DNA from: Anolis carolinensis
Lineage: Eukaryota
NCBI RefSeq assembly: GCF_035594765.1
Contig: NC_085842.1
Span: forward strand, 166,545,036-166,609,035
DNA length: 64,000 nucleotides
Direction of reading: 5' to 3'
Positions 1 to 12,626 of this stretch are shown one piece after another; the stretch's first letter is position 1, and the number at the start of each line of letters is the position of its first letter. Under the pieces are notes generated by a model that worked only from the letters and a program-made list of their open reading frames with translations, was not told where the DNA came from and ran no database searches. The position numbers were made by a program, and so were the translations under genes.

Positions 1-189
1 ACAAAGCAGACTGTTTAGTGGAAGGATGCAATCAAATGTCTTACCTTTAATAGCTTGCTTTTTGCTGTTGTTGGAAATAAGCACGTTTGCCAATGGGAGA
101 GTTGAATCTCAGAAAACCTGTACATTTGATGCATACTTGCTTCAGTTTTGGATGACCAGGTCTATTGAACTCAGTCAGATTTTTTTCGA

Positions 190-317
190 GTAGGATTTGC
201 ATAAAGTTTATATTGTATATACTTTTGTAGAATAATTATTTTGATAATTATTTTGATCCAGTGGGACTTGCATAAAGATTGTACTGTATATACTTTTGTA
301 GAATAATTATTTTGATT
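190..317 (+). repeat. Imperfect tandem duplication (~70 bp period) next to the exon acceptor
   Basis: gga(t/c)ttgcataaag...tgtatatacttttgtagaataattattttgat occurs twice. Confidence 0.8.
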
Positions 318-330
318 CTTTACCTTTCAG

Positions 331-398
331 GAAGAAGAACAAAAACCATTAGATGCTCCTGTCAAAGAGGAAGTAGCTACTGAAAAATCAGCTGAAGT
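331..398 (+). CDS. SARNP: SARNP internal coding exon (EEEQKPLDAPVKEEVATEKSAE-V)
   Basis: Acceptor tacctttcAG, donor GTaatt, 68 nt, phase 0-2. Resembles human SARNP EEETKPIELPVKEEEPPEKTVDV and joins in frame to the next exon. Confidence 0.88.
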
Positions 399-2954
399 GT
401 AATTATCTATCCTTCTTATTAAAAGATAATGTTTACTAGTCAAACAGTCACATGGCAGTATTTCTTCAGTGCTTGTGAAACCAGTCCTGAGGCTTTCCAC
501 TTGTGGTTATATCATCATCATCATCATTGTTATATTTATTTATACCTCGCTTTATCTCCCCAAGAGAGACTCCACTCATATTGGACTACACTTATCAAAA
601 TTGTAGAATTAATCAGAAGTGCTTGAGGTTTCATAGAAATACTTTTCTGAAATACGTTTCTGAAATTGGAATTTGAAATGCCAAAAGGCTAGCTGCAGCA
701 AACCTGGATAGGCTAAATTTATCTCTTGAAATTGGCTGGATATCCTGGTAATTTGTTGGATATATAAGGTTCCTTGTTTTTTTCTAGAAATTAGGAACAT
801 ACTCTTATCTTGCCTGAGACAAATGTTTTTATTATCTGTTGTTGTTGATCTTGAAGTTTCTAATGTTGCATGTATTGTTAACAATTTCATATTTTTCACA
901 AAACATTAATGAACAGTTGCAGGAGATAAAACCAAAATATTCATATATAAACATGTATAAAACAAACTGTTAATTTTACCATATTTCCCCATCCCCACCT
1001 CAAATGTTATTGCTTCTCTATCTCTAAGTGTTTTGTCTTTTCTGTGTGTACTTTAAATGGAGAATCCAGCTCTTGAAAGCCTTCTTAAGTACCAGAAACT
1101 GTTAGGCCCACCCCCAGCGTGAATAAAGACAAAACAAAGATACACAGTTTAGCTTGCCCTGCTCATTCCACATCAAGGAACAAGCAAGTTGTAAAATAAG
1201 AAAAAAAGAAAAGGACCACCTGTGTCAGCAGCATGCTTTAAAAGCTAAGAGAGAGAAGCAAATTGCCCATATGTTTCTGATGCCATTCATCAACTGAACA
1301 TTTGAAGGGATATACTACCTTCTCTTGAGCTGATCAATCAGATGATGTACACAAACTGCACAGGGACATGAGATCAGGAAGAGTGAGCTAGCACAGTTCA
1401 CACATATTCTGCACCTCTTAAGGATTTAATTTCACTTTTTAAAAAACATAATTTTAAGATTTTTTTTAAAAAATAGCTGCGTATATTTTGATCACTTCCC
1501 ATGCTTACTTTCCTGTCCACTTTCAGATTTCAACTGATGAATATGAATTGCTTAATGTAGGAATTGGTGTGGACTGGCCTGAACTCCCTGGGAGTATGGA
1601 TTTTCAAATCCAGTTAATGGTTTTGGAATACAATTTTTCAAACCAAAGAGCTTACAGTCCCACAAACAATCAAAAAATAATAAAGCACCTAACAAAAACA
1701 GGAAAGCTATTTTCTGTAATGGTGTTATACGTAGTAATAGCAGTGTAATTTCAATTTTAAAAAATCTTCTGGAATCCATATCAGTTTTATTCTATGATTT
1801 GGCTAGTGCTTCCAGATGTAAAATTGGATTGGTTCTTAAAGTTTCTTTTATCAGATGATAAAACAAGAGTAACGGAAAAAAAATTTAGTTTTAGAAAGAA
1901 AGCATTGGTGTTTTTCCCTATCATTTCTTTGTTTTATGTAGGCAGCGTGCCTAACTGAGTAGCAAGGTAATTGTAACACACATATTTTACCTTTTCCAAA
2001 GACACTGCTATCAATAGTAGAATGCCAATAAATACACTAGCTGTGAGCACTTGCCGTGTTCTGTTCTTCCCTTTTGATTAATATAAACAGATTTTGGTTA
2101 GATTTATGTTTTGCAAGAATCTCAGTTGTTGCACAGCACAGGTTCTGTAAAGTGCTTTCTAGCCCATTTTAAGGCTATAGGGCAGGATATAAATGTGCAT
2201 AAGGCTTGTGCAAAATCCAGTTGCTAGTTCCTGCTAGAGTAGACCCATTGAATTAATTGTTAAATGTTACACCAACAATTGAAAGCCAGAGTGGAGTGAT
2301 TATATTTGAATGTCAGACTAAAGATTCTGGGTGACTAGGGGTTTGAACCCAATGTAGGAATGAAAATCCCCTGGCAATTTGTGCTCTCTTAACTTCAGAT
2401 GAAGGTAGTGGATTAACCACCTCTTAATCAGTTTTGGCAAGAACCAACACCTGTGTAAATCTCTATTGATTCAGCAGGTCGGCTCCATTTGTTACAAATA
2501 ATTAGAATTTGGCCTTTTTCTCTGGTTTGCAAAGAATTCATTTTCTGAATAGTTTTTATAGCTAGTGGTTTGAGTGTTGGACAATGATTCTGAAGACCAG
2601 GGTTGGCCTCAAATATTGCTCTCCACCTTTAAAAAAACTCCATGGTAAGATCACCATAATTCAGAAACTACTTGAAGGCACATAATAACAACATGGTTAT
2701 GATTGAATTCTACTCTAGTGTGATCAGTTTTTAATTTTAATTATAAGTGCCCTTACAGCAGGGCATAATGGATTCTATTATAGTAAACATTGCCCTTGTT
2801 TTTTGGTGTAGGTGTAGGTAAATGTGTCTGTTGAATCAAATTATATTCTTGAGTTCCTTACTTGTTGCCTAAGGTTCATTGGGATTTTTAATGGCATTAG
2901 TGGCAGAGCATGTCCAATATTTGATCTATTCATAAAGGCTACCAAAAACGTATT

Positions 2955-3060
2955 TATGTGTGTGTGTGTGTGCACCTTCAAGTCACCTTTCAACTTACAG
3001 TAATCCCGTGAATTTCATAAAGTTTTCTTAGCCACGGAATATGCAGAGGTATTTTTAACA
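2955..3060 (-). mobile_element. SINE 3' fragment with (CA)n tail, related to the 5S-headed SINE family
   Basis: ccttcaagtc...gaatttcataaagttttcttag resembles the tails of the copies at 46935 and 63440. Confidence 0.5.
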
Positions 3061-4672
3061 GAGTTGCCCAAATCCTCATTATTACTGATTCCTGCATTTA
3101 GAGGCAAAGTGTAAACTGCACTGCAGTGCTAGAATCTAGGCAGCAGGAGGTGCCCTTTCTCTGTCTCTAACAAAAGATTGCAAAGAGTGCTGCTGCGGGG
3201 ATAACAAGTCCCTGGTTCCTGTTCTGAATTGCTTCCTGTGAAAAAGTCATTAAACCATTACTACTGTTCAGGGCATAAAATGGGAAAACTGTCCAGGAAT
3301 CTTGAACAAAAGCTGTCCATTTCTCTAAATGGGAGACCTTAATGAGTCAGGCTATGACCCACTGTTTTATGAGAGCTGTTTGGAGAAGAAGAATGCTGTT
3401 TCATTTAGCCTGGGAACTTCCGAACTTCGTATCATCCTCCTTTGTTTTCCCCCCCGCAAACCTCAACCCTGTTTTCAGAGCATAAACTTCCAAGCACGCC
3501 CACTCCATTATATTTTTATTGAAGCTGTTTACTAGCTCCCCTTGCACATTGTTAAAGAAGTGTGTGTTTGAAATGGAGCTGGGGCTGACCTGGCCAAAAG
3601 TCAACCATAGATGTCCCATGAACTACAACAGAGAAACCCCTTTGTGAATATATAGCCATAAAAGAATAAAGATTCCAGGGGCACATAACATAGACATGAG
3701 GCTTTTGGTCAGGATTGACTATTCATTGTGATTATTCCCCCGCCCCCCAATTGCACTGAGTGTACATGTGAAGAATTCCATCCTAAATGTCCTAACTACT
3801 GCTGAAGGCATCCAAAATTTTAGTAATCGGATAAATATTTGTATTGATTTGTGAGAGAAGCAGTGAATTTGGAAAGAGGTGATTTGTGCTGTCAGAGTTC
3901 TCTTATGTGTTTTGAATAATAACATTCCTGCTTTGACAGATATGATCTTCTTCCCATGCTTATGAGTTGAACGACATTTGTTTTATTCAGAGCTGTAGAT
4001 AATTTCATTCTTGTCAAGGTTATTCAGATAATTGGCAGTTAAAATTCATGATGCCATCGTATAGTGACCTTTGAGAATAACCACCTAGTTCTATGGTCAT
4101 TTCATCATGTGCTTAGCCAAAGAAGATCTCTCTTAATATCTGTATTGTGGTCTCTTTCAGTTTCTGATACTTTGCATTGTTTTATATCTACCACTTACAT
4201 TAAGCTATTGCTATCCTGGTATCAGCATTCTTCTGATCTATTTTAAGTTTTAATGTATAAAGGAATATGCATTCTTTTTAAAAGTAAAGTGGTGATAGGG
4301 GAATCTTGGTCTTTAAAACAATTGAGTTGTTGGATACTTCTTATCAAACTTTCTGTGGAAAGAGATCTCTCTGATGAGGCTGCAAAGGACTTCACTGCCA
4401 TCAGTAATGGATTGGGCAAGGAGTTGACATGTCAGAGTAGGCCATGGATCCGTTGGATTTTTTTTTCCACTTCATGCTCACAATATCATCTAGAAAACAT
4501 ATCAACTGTGTAGATGGTGTAGATTATTTCCTTCCTATTATTGTCCATAGTCAGAATCCTGATTATTTGTGATAGCTTGGAGTCAAAGCTTAGCTGCTGG
4601 CGTAACTGAGCTAGTAATGGCAAACTGAGGGCTTATTTGTGTGCTGATCAGTGTATTTTACCTTTCTTTTAG

Positions 4673-4724
4673 AGGTGCAGAAAAGAAAGTGGTGAAAATT
4701 GCCTCAGAAATCCCACAGATGGAG
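4673..4724 (+). CDS. SARNP: SARNP coding exon (V-GAEKKVVKIASEIPQME)
   Basis: Acceptor cctttcttttAG, donor GTaagt, 52 nt, phase 2-0. Resembles human AAEKKVVKITSEIPQTE. Confidence 0.93.
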
Positions 4725-5169
4725 GTAAGTTGCTTCTTGTTCAATTTTTTTCATTGCTTTTCACTAGGAGTGTGCCACATTCATCCACTTTATTCTGCCC
4801 TAAGTATAATACTAGTACACACAGCTGAGTCAGCCAGTGTTTCATAAGTTATGAACTGAAAACATGGATTTTCCGAAGTGCTTTTCAGTAAAACGGCTAC
4901 CAGTTGTGAAAATTGTACGGTACCTTCTTATTCCTCCCCACTGTATATGTCCTAGCACTTAATTGGAACCTTAGTTAGTCCCTTCCTGCCCTGATTTTAC
5001 TCATGTACCCTTTCAGAGTCCTTGCACTATTCACTTTTTATAATATGTGTAGCAATGTTGAGTTTTAAGGTATTTAATTAAATGTGCACATTTTATTGCT
5101 GTGTTGTTTTAACTACCGTTTTAAATCACTGTTTTTATGATGTTATGTTGTTATGCTGGTCATGTCCCT

Positions 5170-5222
5170 GTTGTAAGCCGCCCCGGGTCCCCTCGGTAAG
5201 ATGGTGGCGGGCAACAAGAATA

Positions 5223-5277
<55 letters not shown>

Positions 5278-5280
5278 TTA
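5170..5280 (+). mobile_element. LINE (L2/CR1-type) 3' tail with (TAT)n microsatellite
   Basis: tgtaagccgccccgggtcccctcgg...gcggg...aataaa followed by ~18 TAT units. Confidence 0.65.
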
Positions 5281-6470
5281 TTGTATGACACAGCAAAAAA
5301 GATAGATATGCTGGATTTCGTATCACAAAATCACAAGTCGAACACTTCCCAAGTGTCTAGGACTGTGTGATGTATTTTCAGATGATGCGCGCAAATCCCA
5401 GTAGGGTGGCCTTTTAAAGTTGGCAGATTGTAATTTTGTCAATACCTATTGTTTCCAAATGCCATCTGAGATCTTTTTGCATTGCACCCAATGTGCCCAT
5501 CACCACTGGGACCACCTGTACTGGTTTCTGCCAGAGTCTTTGCAGTTCAATCTTGAGGTCCTGATAGCGGCTGAGTTTTTCCTGTTGTTTTTCGTCAATG
5601 TGACTGTCACTTGGGATGGCAACATCAATGATCCAAACCTTTTTCTTTTCCACAACTGTGATATCTGGTGTGTTGTGTTCCAGAACTTTGTCAGTCTGGA
5701 TTCGGAAGTCCCACAGTATCTTTGCGTGTTCATTTTCCACGATCTTTGCTGGTTTGTGATCCCACCAGTTCTTTGCTGCTGGCAGGTGGTACTTGAGGCA
5801 TAAGTTCCAATGGATCATTTGGGCCACACAGTTGTGCCTCTGTTTGTAGTCTGTCTGTGCAATTTTCTTACAGCAGCTGAGGATATGATCAATGGTTTCG
5901 TCAGCTTCCTTGCACAGTCTGCATTTTGGGTCATCAGCTGATTTTTCGATCTTGGCCTTAATTGCATTTGTTCTGATGGCTTGCTCCTGGGTTGCAAGGA
6001 TCAGGCCTTCTGTCTCCTTCTTCAGGGTCCCATTCATGAGCCAGAGCCAGGTCTTCTCCTTATCAGCTTTTCCTTCAATTTTGTCAAGGAACTTTCCATG
6101 CAGTGTTTTGTTGTGCCAGCTGTCAGCTCTAGTTTGTAGTGCAGTTTTCTTGTACTGGTTTTTTGTCTGTTGTGTTTTGAGGAGTTTCTGATTTTTGACT
6201 TCAATCAAAGCAGGTTCTTCACTTTGCTTTACATATTCTGCCAGGGCATGTTCTTCTTCTTTGACTGCTTGTTTTACTTGTAAGAGTCCTCTGCCCCCTG
6301 ATCTTCTAGGAAGATAGAGCCGGTCAACATCACTGCGAGGGTGCAGTGAATGATGAATGGTCATGAGTTTTCTTGTTTTTCTGTCCAAATTGTCCAGTTC
6401 CGCCTGTGTCCAATTTATAATGCCAGCAGTATATCTTATGACAGGTATGGCCCAGGTGTTTATGGCCATT
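5281..6470 (-). mobile_element. 5'-truncated R4/Dong-clade non-LTR retrotransposon (RT C-terminus, CCHC knuckle, restriction-like endonuclease)
   Basis: ORF 5414-6469 has CRLC..ETIDHILSCC, RHN, ILWDF and PDI..IIDVAIP motifs. Premature TAA at 5414; the frame runs on to a likely original TAG at 5357-5359. Flanked by (TAT)n on both sides. Confidence 0.88.
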
Positions 6471-6480
6471 ATGGTTTTTT

Positions 6481-6504
6481 TTATTGTTGTTGTTGTTGTT
6501 GTTG

Positions 6505-6544
<40 letters not shown>

Positions 6545-6545
6545 G
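6481..6545 (+). repeat. Compound microsatellite (TTG)n(TTA)n
   Basis: Directly visible. Confidence 0.95.
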
Positions 6546-6861
6546 TGATTTATATTTCCCTCACTTTTAGCTTGTTGTTGGTATTACATTATTAGGTTAC
6601 TTCTTTAGTCTGGTTCATATATAGGACAAAACTACAGTAATGAGTTGCAGAAAATCTAAGGCTACTGTTTTCTTCTCTAATGCTTTTGCTTCCAGTTGCC
6701 CTTGAATTTATTAAAAGGTGGCAGGCTTAAACCAGGGTTTTTAAGGGGTGGGATGTGCCCACTGGTTGTTGGGTGGCAGCTTACATCAGCTGTTGGTAGC
6801 ATAGCTATTAGGGATGAAAGGAATTGCAGTCCGTCAGCTTTCAGAGCTCTACATGTTTTAC

Positions 6862-6932
6862 ATTTATTTATTTATTTACAGTATTTATATTCCGCCCTTC
6901 TCACCCTGAAGGGGACTTAGGGCGGATCACAA
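6862..6932 (-). mobile_element. LINE (L2/CR1-type) 3' tail with (TAAA)n
   Basis: ccgcccttctcaccctgaaggggacttagggcgg stem-loop tail; same class as 5170. Confidence 0.6.
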
Positions 6933-7557
6933 TGCACATATACCATACATGGCAAACATCTCTGGGGCAAACTAATGTTTCACCAAAAAAAATCTGACAT
7001 TTTCATTTAATTTAGACTGGTTTCTATTAACTATATCTTAAATTGACTGCCTTTCAAAGTTCAAACATAATAGGGAATTGTAGTTTTTAATAAATGAGGA
7101 AACAAAGGCTTCTTAACCACTTTTGCAGCCAAGATGTGACTAAAGCAAAGGCAATGATGGCTTCTTTGTGCAGCAGAAAACCATAGTTTTCAATTGTGTC
7201 TGAATTGTTTGTATATGTTTGCATTGGATGTATGTTAGATTACATCTTGTATCCTGAATGTCTGCTTTTATCATCTTAACTTTATGCTGGTCTTAATACA
7301 GCATCTACTGAATGCAATCAATAGATAAATGAGACCTGGTTGTCTTTGAATTTGTACTGGCTAGAGAAGTTACTAGGTTATATTAAAATGCTGTGGGTAT
7401 TGCATTGCCTTAATTTCTGTTCCTTAGAATGTACTTTTCTCATTCTGTGCCACTATATCCATGTTTGACTGAGGAATTGCTTGGGACAGTAAAGAAGAAA
7501 ATAGTATCTCTGTAGTTCTTTATCAAATGTGAAGTTGGATCTCCCTGCAATAAAGTA

Positions 7558-7777
7558 CAGAGGGCCCTCAGTATCCACTAGGATTTTGTTCCAGATCCCT
7601 TATAGATACCCAAATCCATGGATACTCAGTTCTCATTATATATAATGTCATAGTAGAATGGTATCCCTTATATAAAATGGCAAAATCAACCTTTGCTTGT
7701 TGGATTTAAAAAATCCAACAAGCCATGGCTGTTTGAATCCACTGATGCCAAATTGGTGAATATGGAGGGTCAATTGT
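7558..7777. mobile_element. Degenerate Tc1/mariner-type MITE
   Basis: TA-cag...tg-TA ends; internal gatacccaaatccatggatactca shared with copies near 17370-17505 and 53190-53300. Confidence 0.55.
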
Positions 7778-8734
7778 AGCCCATTGTTTTGGTTAGTTTC
7801 CACTCAGCTCTTCATAATTGGCAAAGCTGATATGAAAACACAGTCTTTTCCCCTGCTGTTCAGCTGCCACCTCCAAGATCTAATCTTTTTTTGTAGGCTG
7901 ACCACAGCTATTGAAGGCTGCTGTCGCAAATCCCAGATTATTATTTTAGTAGGGCACGTAATCAGAAACAATAAATATTATCTGAAATGGAACTGTTATC
8001 GAGTGACGCCTTCTAACTTGGTGGGAAGTCTTCATTGAGAAATCATTAAATTATTCTAGTTACGTCCTTTTTCACACTTTCTTTGTTTTACTTAACAGCT
8101 CAGCCAAACACTATCCTTGCGAAAATCCACTTGATGTTTTGCTAATCACTTAAACCCCCAAATACAAATGCTTTCTAGATTCAGTTGACGTACAAAGGAG
8201 CCTAATGTGACATTCTGAGCATACTGGGTTTTTATTTCCAAATAGATAGCCATGTTAGTCTCTGTTTGTGTAAAAAGAGAAAAAGAAAAAAATGAAGATT
8301 ATGGAACCTAAGAGATTTTTTAAAAACTGGATTTTATTTTCATTGGTGTTGAGGATGCTGCACTAGAACTTTCTAAAAGTCACATGAAATATTGTTAGGC
8401 TATATCTTCAAGTAAAGCTGCTTATAAGGATTTTAATCTGTTTCAATGGACAGAAAACTGTATTGCTTAATGAAAATCACACAGAATAACAAACCTAATG
8501 TTTTTAGGAATTGAAAATCCAGGGTGTTTAGGAGCTTCATTGAGTCAACGTATATTGATAAATCAAGTATTTGTTTTCTATTAATATTCTGCCATTTTCG
8601 TAAAGCCTTATAAGCAAATAGTTAACCACTAGAACTTCTTTCTCTTTTTGATGACAAAAAGGAAGAATAAAAGACTATTTCCACAAGATCTGAAAAATCA
8701 AAGGGGAGTTTAAACCTAGAGTGGGGAATATTCA

Positions 8735-9611
8735 CTTGGTTCTGTTCAACATCTTTATTGACTTAGATAAAGGATTAGAAGGCATGATCATCAAGTTTGC
8801 AGATGACACCAAATTGAGAGGGATAGCCAATACTCCAGAAGACAGGAGCAGAATTCAAAACGATCTTAACAGATTAGAGAGATGGGCCGAAATTAACAAA
8901 ATGAAGCTCAACAGGGACAAATGCAAGATACTCCACTTAGGCAGAAAAAATGAAATGCAAAGATACAGACTGGGAAGACCTGGCTTGACAGCAGTAAGTG
9001 TGAAAAAGATCTTGGGGTCCTTGTGGACAAGAAGTTAAACATGAGCCAACAATGTAATGAGGCAGCAAAAAAAAGCCAATAGGATTTTGGCCTGCATAAA
9101 TAGGAGTATATTGTTTAGATCCAGGAAAGTCATGCTACCCCTCTATTCTGCCTTGGTCAGACCACACCTGGAATACTGTGTCCAGTTCTGGGCACCGCCA
9201 TTGAAGGGAGATGCTGACAAGCTGGAGGAGGAGGGTGACTAAAATGATGTTTAGCCTGTAAAAGAGGAGGCTGAGAGGAGACATGATAGCCATGTGTAAA
9301 TATGTGAGGGGAAGTCATAGGCAGGAGGGGGAAAGATTGTTTTTTGATGCTCTGGAGACTAGGACGCAGAACAACGGCTTTAAACTACTGGAAAGGAGAT
9401 TCCACCTGCACATTAAGAAGAACTTTCTAACTGTGAGAGCTGTTCAGCAATGGAACTCTCTGCCTCAGAGTGTAGTAGAGGCTCCTTCTTTGGAGGCTTT
9501 TAGGCAGAGGATGGATGGCCATCTGTCGGGGGTACTTTGAATTTGATTTTCCTGCTTCTTGGCAGGGGATTGGACTGGATGACCCATGAGGTCTCTTCCA
9601 GCTCTATGATT
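8735..9611 (+). mobile_element. CR1 LINE 3' fragment (RT C-terminus and 3' tail), frameshifted
   Basis: [21 protein letters not shown] and WNSLP motifs in ORFs 8721/9057/9283; ends tctatgattc. Confidence 0.93.
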
Positions 9612-9767
9612 CAGGGGAGAACACATTACATGACCAAGTAGAAATAGAAAAAAACATATGAAGATAAAGCTACACATTTAGAAAGTGAAATGGAAGTTGC
9701 ACTTGGAATCCTTAGAAGAAATGAGTCACCCAGAACAAATGACATTTCAATACATAGACAGAATCTA

Positions 9768-10099
9768 AGGTAAAGGTAAAGGTTTCCCCTGATGTTAAGT
9801 TTAGTCATGTCTGACTTTGGGGGTTGGTGCTCATCTCCATTTCTAAGCCGAAGAGCCGGCGTTGTCCATAGACACCTCCAAGATCATGTGGTCGGCATGA
9901 CTGCATGGAGCGCCATTACCTTCCCGCCAGAGCGGTACCTATTGATCTACTCACATTGGCATGTTTTCAAACTGCTAGGTTGGCAGAAGCTGGAGCAACA
10001 GCGGGTGCTCATTCCGCTCCCGGGATTTGAACCTGGGACCTTTTGGTCTGCAAGTTCAACAGCTCAGTGCTTTAACACACTTCGCCACCGGGGCTCCAG
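9768..10099 (-). mobile_element. Sauria SINE, near full length
   Basis: (ACCTTT)n tail; 13-bp TSD tagacagaa(t/c)cta at 9755-9767 and 10100-10112. Confidence 0.9.
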
Positions 10100-10328
10100 T
10101 AGACAGAACCTACTTCACTTGTAATTAAAATCTCAACAAATGTAGAAAATAAAACAATGGCCCGCAGATTGGAAAAACCCAAACCACTCAGAAAGGGAAA
10201 CCAGGAATGTCATTAACCACAGGACAATCGTGTTAATTTCCCATGCAGGCAAAGTGATCTGCTTGAGATTTAATCAGAGCTAAAATCATCCAAAGCATGA
10301 TCCAGATCATGCCTTTGATTATATAGAT

Positions 10329-10949
10329 CAGTGGTTCTCAAAGTGTGCTCCGTAGAACCCTTGGGGCTCTGCAAAGCGTACTGAGGGGCTCCGCAGTTTC
10401 CTCCTCCCCCTCCCCAGCTTTCCCACCTCTTTTCTGCTACTCCCTCTCCCCTGCCTCCCTCGCTCCCAAAAGTCTTTTTCCCCCACCTCCCTTGGCACTA
10501 AAAGCCTTTTTTTGCTCACCTTCCTCACCACCCAGTTCTTTTCCCCCATGCCTTTTCCCCTTCCACTGCTCGGGGTGCTTTGATAGTGCTTTTCCTACCT
10601 GGCAGAAGGGGGGGGGTGGATTGGAGGCCTCTGGGGTTGCTCCTATTACTATTATTATTATGACAAAGGCTGGATGGCCATCTGTTAAGGGTGCTTTGAT
10701 TATGCATTTCCTGGATGGCAGAAGTGGATTGGACTGGCAGGCCCCAGAAGTGGGTTGGACTAGCAGGCCCCTGGGGTCTTCCACTGAAATACTGTTACAT
10801 TTATGTTGGTCAAAAAGTTTGTCCATGCATGATACACACACACACACATTATGTATAATATAATATAATATGTAAACATTTCTTAGAGCTCCACGACAAA
10901 CTTTTGCTTCAAAAAGGGCTCAACAGCTGAAAAAGTTTGAGAACCCCTG
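10329..10949. mobile_element. Non-autonomous hAT element with an internal CR1-tail-like segment
   Basis: TIRs cagtggttctcaaa / tttgagaacccctg; 8-bp TSD atatagat/gtatagat. Confidence 0.85.
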
Positions 10950-10957
10950 GTATAGAT

Positions 10958-11170
10958 CATGAAAAACCAAGCCCTATGAGGAATGACTGAGGGAGCTGGG
11001 TATGTTTAACTTGGAGAAAAGGCTGAGAGAGGGTGTGATAGCCATGTTGAAATATTTGAAAGGATGTCACATTGAGGAGGAGCCAAGGTTGTTTTCTGAT
11101 GCTCTGAAGTCTAGGACATGGAGCAGTTGATCCCAATTGCAGGAAAAGAGATTCCAACTAAACATTAGGA
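10958..11170 (+). mobile_element. CR1 LINE internal fragment
   Basis: gagctgggtatgtttaacttggagaa...gaaaagagattcca matches the CR1 RT 3' region at 9250-9420. Confidence 0.75.
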
Positions 11171-11196
11171 GCACTCTATGTTTCTATGCTATAATC

Positions 11197-11739
11197 CAGG
11201 CATGGGCAAATTTTTTGCCTTGGGGCCAGCCGGGCTGGGCCGGTACAAAGTGGGGCTGGGCATGTGCTCGGTGGGGAGGGCCCAGGACAGGATGAGGCCA
11301 GGAGGGGGCAGAGCAGGGCCCAGGCCATCCTCAGGTTGGGGATGCTTGCCCCATCCTTATGCCAGGAGGAAGGCAGAACACGCAGTGACTGCCCCAATCC
11401 TCTTCTACATCCTCCTCCCCCAATCCTCGGGCCATCCTCTTGGCATTATGCCAGGAGGAAGGTGAAACAGATGGTGACTGAGAGTGCTCTGGAGGGCTCT
11501 CAGCCTCCATGTGCATTCCTTGAGCTGTCCTCCAGGCATAAGGATGGGGCCATTCGCACAGTCCTTATGTCGGGAGGAGGGCGGGACACGTGATGTCCAA
11601 GAGCGCTCCAGAGGGCTCTCATCTGCTATGTGTCTTCCTCCCTCATCTTTTTGCAATAGGGCAAGGAAAGTGAGGAGGGATTGAGGTAAACACCTAGGGG
11701 GTTGCATTCGACCCTCAGGCCTTAGTTTGCCCATGTCTG
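11197..11739. mobile_element. GC-rich non-autonomous hAT element
   Basis: TIRs caggcatgggcaaa / tttgcccatgtctg; TSD ctataatc/ccataatc; internal ccttatgccaggagga motif in both orientations. Confidence 0.85.
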
Positions 11740-11907
11740 CCATAATCTGTGTTGCTGTACAAGGCCTACATAATGTGGAGCTCTCTTTGGATTCTAGGAG
11801 TTAGATCTTTCAGTCTTTATATATGAACCTGAAGTGAAAGATTTGAACAATATAGAGGCCCTTGAAATTTCCTTATACTCCTTTCTAAGAATGTCTACTC
11901 CCTAGAA

Positions 11908-12040
11908 CAGGAGTCCTCAAACGTTTTAAACAGAGGGCGGGTTCACTGCCCCTCAGACTGTTGGGGGGCCGGACTATAGTTTGAAAAAAACATTAATGAA
12001 CATAAACTTACTGGTATTTCAATGAGAAGTGTGGGCCTTA
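11908..12040. mobile_element. hAT element left-end fragment
   Basis: caggagtcctcaaac terminus followed by a ggggggccggac subterminal motif; no right end seen. Confidence 0.55.
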
Positions 12041-12055
12041 GTTCATTATCTATAC

Positions 12056-12273
12056 CAGTGTGGTCTAACCTTTAGTTAACCGAGGGCCAATCAAACTTTA
12101 GTATAGGAATATGAAGCTTCAATATGGCTGCTTACTGTTAAAGCAGTAAGACGGGTAAATGATTTTTTCCAAGTGTTAAATTAAAATATTTTTTCTAGTA
12201 AGAAGGGCAAGGGCCAACAAAAATGAATTGGTGGACTGCATGTGGTCCACGGACCGCGGGTTGGATCACACTG
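12056..12273. mobile_element. hAT MITE
   Basis: TIRs cagtgtggtctaacc / ggttggatcacactg; perfect TSD atctatac. Confidence 0.85.
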
Positions 12274-12552
12274 ATCTATACCATCACAACTGTTTATGTA
12301 TAGAATCTGACCATCTCATCTTGTGAACTCATTTGTGAATAGTATACCTACAAAATTCTTTGGGCACTTTTATTGTTCAAATCTTGAAATATCCAGGAAT
12401 ATTTGACACAGACAGGAATAAAAATTATTTGTTTAATGTATGGAGCTAACATCGATATACTGATCATGGCTGTTAAATCTGAAGCTAAATTTATATTTTT
12501 GCTGTATCTAGATTTATACTTGTACATTTGTCTGCTTTTTATTCTGCTTTAG

Positions 12553-12626
12553 AGAATGCAAAAACGGGCAGAGAGATTTAATGTTCCTGTTAGTTTGGAG
12601 AGTAAGAAAGCTGCACGAGCTGCTCG
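12553..12626 (+). CDS. SARNP: SARNP coding exon (RMQKRAERFNVPVSLESKKAARAA-R)
   Basis: Acceptor ctgctttAG, donor GTaagc, 74 nt. Essentially identical to the human peptide; contains the first RxxRF motif. Confidence 0.96.

Noticed and set aside
5082-6595. Poly-Tyr/Cys/Val/Ile ORFs
   Set aside because: Translations of (TAT)n and (TTG)n microsatellites.
10328-11743. Cluster of 60-172 aa ORFs on both strands
   Set aside because: They lie in GC-rich, low-complexity hAT MITEs and show no domain or splice support.
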